Shown here piece after piece: positions 55,671 to 64,000 of a stretch of DNA of 64,000 bases (positions are counted from its first letter, which is position 1; each line of letters starts with the position of its first letter). The DNA is from Octopus sinensis (taxonomy: Eukaryota). The stretch is from the NCBI RefSeq assembly GCF_006345805.1, contig NC_043001.1, forward strand, positions 52,638,001-52,702,000. Reading direction: 5' to 3'. The notes beneath the pieces were generated by a model. The model did no database searches, was not told the origin of the DNA, and worked only from the letters and a program-made list of their open reading frames with translations. Both the position numbers and the translations under genes were made by a program.

Positions 55671-58049
55671 CCACTCCTAGAGAATTTCGAAAAAGATTTA
55701 CTGAATCTTATAGAAGATATTAAATTCAAGGAACACCCGTTAAGATACAACCCTCACCTCAAACATCTCAGTAACTTTATTCATTCAACCCGGAATAAAC
55801 AAGGAATCTTAGTACCAGCGGATAAAACTGGTAATCTGTATAGAGTAGATTACACTCTTTATAGCAAGAAGGAACTCAACTCCAAATATAAAATTACTAC
55901 TAAGAAAAATTTGAAAAAAATATGGAAAGATACAATTTAACAGATAGAACGGAGCCGCTAAAACTGTGTAAACCTAGAATCAACCTTAAAGACCACAAAA
56001 GGAATTTCATGGAAAACCCTTCGGTAAGGCTTATTTGTCCAATTAAGTCAGACATTGGCCGGCTTAGTAAATCTATCCTTGATACTGTTCTACCCCAAAT
56101 AACCCCTTTTCTTCCCTTAAGTCTATGGCTAAATACCGATGAGGTATTAAAATGGTTTAACTCTCTAACTAATACTAGTAGTCTGTCCTTTATTCAGTTC
56201 GACATAAATAATTATTACTCTAGTATTTCCCCTATTTTGCTAAATAAATCACTTATATTTGCTAAGAATCGCTCCCTCATATCTAGAGAGGAAATCGACA
56301 TTGTGCTATTAGATAGAAAACATTTATTGAATTTGAAGAAAAGTTATGGACTAATACACCTAATAATTTCGATATACCCATGGGTTCCGGTGATTCAGCT
56401 GAGGTGACTAACTTGGTAGGCGCGTATCTATTAAAATGCATAAATAAGGAGATCCCAGAATTACAAGGTGGTCTATATAGGGATGATGCTCTGTTTGTTA
56501 TCCCTAGTAATAATAAATCTAGCATTGAAAGGATTAGAAAGAAAATTAATAAGTTCTTTAAGGATTTCAACCTTAGCATAGCGTATGAACCTGGCACTAA
56601 AATAGTCAATTTCCTAGATATTACATTATACCTTAACTCTAAGCTGCATTACCCATTTAGAAAGGAAGGTGAAATCACGAGATACGTAAATAAATTATTC
56701 AATCATCCCCCAAATATAATTAAATCTTTGGTCGGAAATATTTCCTTAAGAATCTCTAAATTATCATCCAATAATGATATATTTAACTCTAATTTTGAGC
56801 ATTATAATGCGGCGTTATCTAATGCAGGATACAACCAAAAGATTACCTTTATTGATTAGGAGAGCTTACATATTCCTAATAAAGAAGGTATTAGTAACCA
56901 CGTAAACAACAATATAGACCACGCCCGAAATAAAAGTAGAAATAGATTTACGGTCACTACAAATCTAACGTACAAGCCTAATCATACAAATAAAAACATA
57001 GACCAGAGCGATTCTATCGGATATACAAAGCAAATTCAAAGTAATTCGAGAAAAAATTTCCCAGCCTCTCATAGATATCATAGAATTATTTCTAAGAAAG
57101 CGGTTAGTATTTCTTTTTCAACCCTCCCAAATATGTCCACTTTAATATTAATAGCTAAGATTAATAATAATAACATTAAGCTAGCCAGGAAAGATAAAAA
57201 TAATACCAACATGAATACCAATAACAATTGTAATAATACTATAAAAAATAAAAGCAATAACCGCAACAATAGTAACTATCAAAACATAGGTAGAATCAAT
57301 AACCATGGAATAACTAATAATAATATTAATATTAATAGGAGTAATAATGTTAATAATATGAGTAATGCTAATAGAGAAAATACCGTGAATGAAGACAACA
57401 TTGATATCTATAACAACAATATACGTTCGGATACAAATAATAGCAATAATAGTAACAATACCAATAATGTAGGTAATCATGGTAGGACTATATAACTAAA
57501 TGATAGTGTAAAAGGATCGATAAATGATAACACTGCTTTAGATAACAACATTAACTATAATAACGATAAATATACTCATGATAATCAGAATAGCAAGAAC
57601 ATGGGACATCTATCCATAAATAATTCAACATCTGAAGATGTTCCCCCTAGGTGTAATTGCAGCATTAGGTCAAAATGCCCGGCAACTGGTCTGTGCGGGG
57701 TAAATAACGTAATCTATAAATGTACCATAACTATTGAGAATAGCAAATTTCTTTATTTAGGTTGTACTATAAATTTTAGGAAAAGAGTTAGCAATCATAT
57801 CTCCTCTTTTAAATTACGTCATAAAGCTGGTACCACCACACTTTCAAGTAAGATCTGGGAACTCAAAAATAATAATATTAAATATAACATTAATTGGGAA
57901 ATATTTAGAAGAGCGATGCCTTATAGAAATAACAGGGTTGGTTGCCAGCTCTGCTCCATGGAGACGTATGAAATTCTAATGCATACAAAAATAGGAATTT
58001 GTTAAATAACCGTATAGAACTGGGTCAATCTTGTATTCATGCAAAATGA
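55671..58049 (+). pseudogene. PLE polyprotein: reverse transcriptase, Asn-rich linker, Cys-rich GIY-YIG endonuclease (frameshifts and stops)
   Basis: LENFEKDL, VPADKTGNLY, FIQFDINNYYSSI, MGSGDSAEV, GGLYRDDAL, VNFLDITL, NHPPNIIK; EN CNCSIRSKCPATGLC..NVIYKC...YLGCT..FRKRVSNH...CQLC..E....LN.R.E...SCIH. Confidence 0.92.
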
Positions 58050-59169
58050 AGACTCTAAAATATTTTAAATAAAAATAGTATAGAATAATCGTATGGAGAT
58101 AGATCTATCTTGCTTTTACTAATAAAACAAAACTCTAATATTTTTAAATAGATAACTGCGAGCTCTTACACTATGGTTATTTCTTTCTTTCTAACTGCAC
58201 CTGATTTGGAACATAAAGAAATTTATAGTATTTGTACGTTGCCTAATTGACTATGTAGTTATTTTAATTTAATCTAATTTTAATCTAATTTAGGTAATAC
58301 AACTTAAATCAAATAAGTTACTAATACTTCATAATTCTATTATAAAGTTAAATAAGTAATGCTACTCCCTTAAAAGTAGTATAAGAAAGTTCAATATGAT
58401 AAGCAATTCTCTCACAACTTGTAATTGACCTCTAAGTATAGACCTACAGACTGTCATTGTATAAACAGTAACAATAATAAATAAATTAATTAAATGACCT
58501 CCTTTCTAGTATTGCACTTAATTCTCTTAATGTATTTTCCTCTAGTGATAGCCTTTGACCCCTTTATCCCTTCCCTTGTTCTCTTTAGATTCTTATATCT
58601 GCTTTAGCTCCGTGGGATTGGCAATTAACAGCTGTATACTGGTCAAAAGTAATGTTCTCCTTTATAAATCTTAGATTCCTGCAAATTCTAAGCCAGACTG
58701 TCTGTCTCCACAGAAAGAGACCTTTCTGTGTAGGTGGGTACCTGCGACCCCTTCCCTCTCAGTTATCCCAGAATACTCTATCTGGGCGGTTTTTCTATGC
58801 TCCACAAAATTCCCTCAGCCATTATAATTCTAACATAGCAGTTTTGTGAAATGAACAGAAGTGTGACAATTATCTTATCATATATCAGGAAATTATACCT
58901 ACCTTATTGTGGATTAATCATGGATAGATTCATCGTCTGTGAGTATGAAATATCTCCTCATATCTCCGGTAATTTGCATCTACATTATGGATGGATTCAT
59001 CTTCTCTGTGAAGCTAACAAGCTTTTTTAAAAACTGTTATTAGACTGTGCAACATCATTAGAGAACTTTGGAAGTCTGCTTACAACCTAAATTTGCTTTT
59101 TATAGAAATATCTCCGATACTTCATGAGTGTAGCCTCACCCACTAGGATGCTTGGAAAACTCATATGTG

Positions 59170-59260
59170 TTTTGGCTGATGAGTACGGGACACTTGTATT
59201 TGCTGCAATATTTGCAGCTTTTAATAAAGCTTGTCTTCGTATGAAACAATTGTACTGAAA
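59170..59260 (+). ncRNA. Type I hammerhead ribozyme in the 3' pLTR
   Basis: ttttgg-CTGATGA-gtacg ggaca...tgtctt cgtat-GAAA-caattg-TA-ctgaaa. Confidence 0.8.
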
Positions 59261-59430
59261 AACTAATCCATTCTTGTTGCTTTTTTCTCGTTTATAATCA
59301 CCCCACATTATTGAATGGTTAATACCATATAGTTTTTCTGGTGCATCTAAGTTAAGTACAGCATTCAAGTGAATTCAATAGAACTCACTTGAATCTTATT
59401 GCTTTTACTATATATATATATATATATATA

Positions 59431-59760
59431 TACAAAATTTAGTGGATTGACCACTAAAATTGGACAGCCTAGATATAGACGTCAAAATCGCCATTTTCCA
59501 CAGAGAATGTATTCTCAAGAAAACAATTCAGCGGAAACCAAAGCGTATTTTTACGCTTTGGTTTTTTGCTGAATTGTTTTCTTGAGAATACATTCTCTGT
59601 GGAAACTGGCGATTTAGACGTCTATATCTAGCATACAGGCTGTCCAATTTTAGTGGTCAATCCTCTAAATTTTGTATGTAAAAAGTCTTAATCTTCGGAT
59701 TTTTTAAATATGCTAGGCCACTGGTTTTAATTATCAATTTCTACCCTTATTTAATTTTAT
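59431..59760. mobile_element. Short fold-back element of the 32.2-kb family (no HHR retained)
   Basis: Hairpin arms 59431-59547 / 59552-59676; shares ctagatatagacgtcaaa.tcgccat and the tail aatcttcggatt..atgctag.ccactggt..atcaatttctaccctta with 32153-32790. Confidence 0.85.
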
Positions 59761-62410
59761 ATATATATAAACACATACATATACGAAACACACTGATAAC
59801 CCTTTGTAGCACAGGTCGAGAGATACACGGGTAACAAAAGTGTAATATGAAATTAGGTTTTAACACAACAATAATAAAATAAATATTTTGTGATATTCTG
59901 TCTCGAAATCCGGTACGAATTTCTCGAACGACGAATCCAGCACATAATTAATTGACCACCGATGAAAGGATTTGGAAGTTTTAAACAAATTTCAGATGAT
60001 CAGTCGTGCTAAAGTTACATACACGGGCGCATACATACATACATACATACATACATACATACATACATACATACATACATACATACATACACACACACAT
60101 ACATGATGGCTGCAAACTTGTGTTTGTGTATTGACAACGCCTGATCGAAAGTCCCACACATGCGATGGCTAAGATCAGCCATTTTTGTGATAAGTGTCAG
60201 TTTTTCATGCGATGTCTGTACATGATTTTTGATAGTAAAGAAAGGGATTGCACTAATCCAGTCCCACCTTCTGAACCTGGACAACATAAACTCGAAAAGA
60301 AGAACTAGTTTACATCAACGAATATTTTCATTGTCGCAGGTTTTCCGTCAGAGTTTCACCCTCCTATAGAGATGTTGTGGTAATAACAGAGGAGACTCCC
60401 CCTCTCAGTGGGCGAACTGCGCGCCTGCACCCCAACTCAAGTATTTCCACGTCCCCGCGCATACATACATGCATACATATGTATACATATTGTTAGATGG
60501 CCGTTGGCTGCTCATGATCTCCGCTCTTTCACAGGTTTTTTTTTTGTCCTGGAGGGTGTCCAACAATCACCCTCTTCATCAAGTAAGCTTGGTAGGTTTG
60601 TCAAGGTTACATGTTGCGTAAGCTACAGGTTGTGCTGCGTTACATATTACGAGTAACACCCAAGTTTGACCTGGCATAACATACATACGTAGATACATAC
60701 ATACATACACACATGCGAAAATATATACATGTATAAATCCTTATGCATATGCATATGCATATGCACATATAAATGTTTGTGTGTCTGCGTGTTTTTTTGA
60801 AGCATTGAACAGTACGAAAGGGACAAAGTCTCACAAACACGTTATTATTACCTAGTCGTAATATTTTGCGTGTTCATACTTAACCAAGAGAATAAGAGAA
60901 AGAAATTCGACGGTTGGTTAAGGAATGTGGTTGGAATGCGGTTGTATGAATGAGTTAAGAAGGTAGGTGTAACGGTTCTGTATACACGTGCACAGGAGCG
61001 TATCCCTGTCTAACATTGGGAATAGGAGTATGATGTCTTTTGTATCCTTCTTTTTTTGTATTTGGAGGTGGGATTAATGTGTCTAAAATTATGCACGTAC
61101 GGAAGTATTGTGGCGTTTGTTAGTGAGAATATCAGACGTTAATGTGTGTTTCAAGAAAGCGTGGATCGAGAAAAGTACAGACAAAAAGTACAGAGAAAAG
61201 TGAGACAATGTAGAAGGGTAAGCAATAGGAAGCATAAGGATTTTGTTCAAGGATACATAAGTAAGACACCTGTACATGGAACAAAGTTTGAATAAATAAT
61301 TACCTGACCTAAAATACGCAATACTGAGAGAAATTGTGGGAATTATTTTGGAGAAGAAAATTCAATTATAATTTCAAAAATTAAGGAAAAAGTGAGAGAA
61401 AATTTATGAAAATAAATATATATAATGCTTATTTTCTTGGGTAAATTTTAATTTACTAGAAATCGTGACCCCCACACTGTAATTCATATAAAAATGTGGA
61501 ATTCTTCCAAATATGATTTTGTTCTATAAAGAAAAATTAAGCAGATATTTGTCTTCGAAATTGAATTATATATGGAACAATTCAATTCATAGGATGAATA
61601 TATATTTAAACCATAATTTTAAGATATCACTCGTTACGCAACGTATATCACCGCCTCGTTTGTTTCTGTCTGAAATGTTGATCGTTATGTATGATATAAT
61701 TGCTATATGTTTCTCTCATTGATATATCGTTATTTAATATCCATATCTTAAATTGCCTGAACTAAGCGTTTTACATTAAGTATTGCTAAAGATAAGACAG
61801 CTGTTAAACGGAATATCAAATATCATTACTAAAGTGAAATTCTTGTTTCCCAATTAATAAATATCTACAGCAATCCTACAAGCTCTCTCAGTCATACAGA
61901 CGCACACAAAAGCATCCCTGCACACGCACGCCCGCACAATCAGAGACTCACGTTCACACACACAACGCATACACAACAACATGCATACACGCATATTAGT
62001 GAATATATCTATTTTACACGGTTTTATTTCACTAACGCGTTGTATCATTAAATCATAAGATATTGAATATTAATCGATATATTTGCCATGAGTAAAACTA
62101 TAATCATTCAGTCAATAAATCTTTCTAACAGAAGCTAAAGGTTCTTACGACTAGGGCGAAAAATAAATTTCAACAAATTATTAACAGATTCTTAGTCGGG
62201 AAGAAATTTTTCTTATGAGATAGAGGTATCTGTAGGTATATCAAGCTGCTATTTTAGTATGCAAGAATGAATGCGCAAGTTTTACTGCACCGTATTCCAA
62301 AAGATAATGATAAACAGTAATCATAACATGCTACAAGTTATATTTTATTTTTAGTTTCACACACACACATACATATGGGCATAAATACCTGAGTTATCAA
62401 AACTTCTGTG

Positions 62411-62473
<63 letters not shown>

Positions 62474-62564
62474 TGTGTGTGTGCGTGCGTGTCTATGTGT
62501 GCCTGCATCTGTACACATATCTATATGTACCTATACAAACACATACATATACACATGTCGTATG

Positions 62565-62640
<76 letters not shown>

Positions 62641-62644
<4 letters not shown>

Positions 62645-62980
62645 AAAGGCACTTGCCCAAGGTGCAACGCAGTGGGACTGAGCCCGGAACCATGTGGCTC
62701 CTAAGCAAGCAACTTATCACACAGCCTCTCCTACGCCTATTTATTCATTTTATTTTATTTTCATCAATTAATGTGTTTGTCCAGTCCGCAAAGCTACCCA
62801 ATCTTTGTACTGTCTATATGAGAAATTTTATGAAATAAAGTAGCTTGCTTAGCAAACGCGTGGTTCCGGATTGTGTCCCACTGCGTGGTACCTTAGCCAA
62901 CTGTCTTCTGCTATAGCTTCGGTCCGACAAAAGCCCTGCTAGTGGATTTGGTAGACAGAAACTGAACTGAAAGAAGCCCG
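62641..62980. mobile_element. Two SINE family B copies, head-to-head (62641-62740 minus; 62839-62980 plus)
   Basis: acttgcccaaggtgcaacgcagtgggactgagccc and gtcccactgcgtggtaccttagcc...ggatttggtagacagaaactgaa. Confidence 0.8.
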
Positions 62981-63009
62981 GTGGCAAGAATATTCATCGA
63001 AAAATTCTT

Positions 63010-64000
63010 AGTTACCAGTGGTCTAGCGAGAAAGAAAAAAATTAGTCAATAGACTATATATTATTCAGAGAAGAATACAGTGTATCTTCAAGCACGAAAG
63101 GAATACCCGAAGAAGAGGATATCTGACTCGCTAGAAAGAGCAGTTAAAACTCCAAGCCACCCATCGCTGTAGTTCCGAAAGTGATTGAAAAATAAAAAAA
63201 CTTTTACCTTAATTCTAGGCCCTGCAATATTTCTGCAGACTGAAACAAGATCATTTCAGTCTATATCTGGCGCTGCGTCCTCAGTAGGTTGCCAAGACTA
63301 AATCCATAGACATGGAGCTATAAGTAATCAGCCACGTGTCTATAGGTTCTAATTTTTCGAATTTACCGTGCAGATGCGGAAATCAACCAGCACTAAATAC
63401 ATAAATTGCCGATTTTCTTCCAGAATTTAATTAATGGTAAAATGTTTTTTGGCTAATTCTGGAAGAAAATCGGCAATTTATTTCAGTCTGTATTTAAGTT
63501 TGCAGAAACCTTGCACGGTCTAGGATTAAGGTAATTACAACAATTGGTGGCTTGGAGTTTTAACTGCTCTTACTAACGAGTCAGATATCCTATTCTTCGG
63601 GTATAGAAAAAAATTAGTCAATAGACTATATATTATTCAGAGAAGAATACAGTGTATCTTCAAGCACGAAAGGGATACCCGAAGAAGAGGATATCTGACT
63701 CGCTAGAAAGAGCAGTTAAAACTCCAAGCCACCCATCGCTGTAGTTCCGAAAGTGATTGAAAAATAAAAAAACTTTTACCTTAATTCTAGGCCCTGCAAT
63801 ATTTCTGCAGACTGAAACAAGATCATTTCAGTCTATATCTGGCGCTGCGTCCTCAGTAGGTTGCCAAGACTAATCCATAGACATGGAGCTATAAGTAATC
63901 AGCCACGTGTCTATAGGTTCTAATTTTTCGAATTTACCGTGCAGATGCGGAATCAACCAGCACTAAATACATAAATTGCCGATTTTCTTCCAGAATTTAA
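63010..64000. repeat. 572-bp tandem unit with nested internal inverted repeats
   Basis: Unit starts agaaaaaaattagtc at 63033 and 63605; internal IRs 63103-63160/63545-63604, 63204-63245/63480-63535 and 63402-63428/63455-63480. Confidence 0.85.

Larger units (their letters stand above)
55471..59409 (+). mobile_element. 5'-truncated Penelope-like retroelement with inverted pseudo-LTRs in (TA)n
   Basis: Inverted pLTR 55471-55669 matches 59092-59290; tail 59291-59409; internal RT-EN ORF; (TA)n on both sides. Confidence 0.92.

Noticed and set aside
60320-60415. HHR-like CTGAGAG...GAAAC on the minus strand
   Set aside because: Core and stem I cannot be formed convincingly.

Overview
AT-rich, microsatellite-saturated eukaryotic DNA with no intact cellular gene. 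The SINE families and repeat landscape suggest an octopus/coleoid cephalopod genome (inference). Almost all long ORFs in the track are (TA)n/(CA)n artefacts. Contents: a 5'-truncated Penelope-like retroelement (PLE; RT with YRDD plus C-terminal GIY-YIG, 55.5-59.4 kb) with inverted pseudo-LTRs, several other PLE remnants, a decayed Gypsy LTR element whose 5' LTR is split by an ORF1-only LINE derivative, Tc1/mariner relics, many tRNA-derived SINEs, and several local direct and inverted duplications. The most striking signal is a dense set of type I hammerhead ribozyme (HHR) motifs: about 8 near-intact and about 8 decayed, including a U3-A8 compensatory core variant. Several lie in short non-coding fold-back PLE-terminus elements inserted in (TA)n tracts. 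One such element is a palindrome with an HHR on each strand; another is a 676-bp tandem dimer that resembles a retrozyme. All structures were paired by eye and none was computed.
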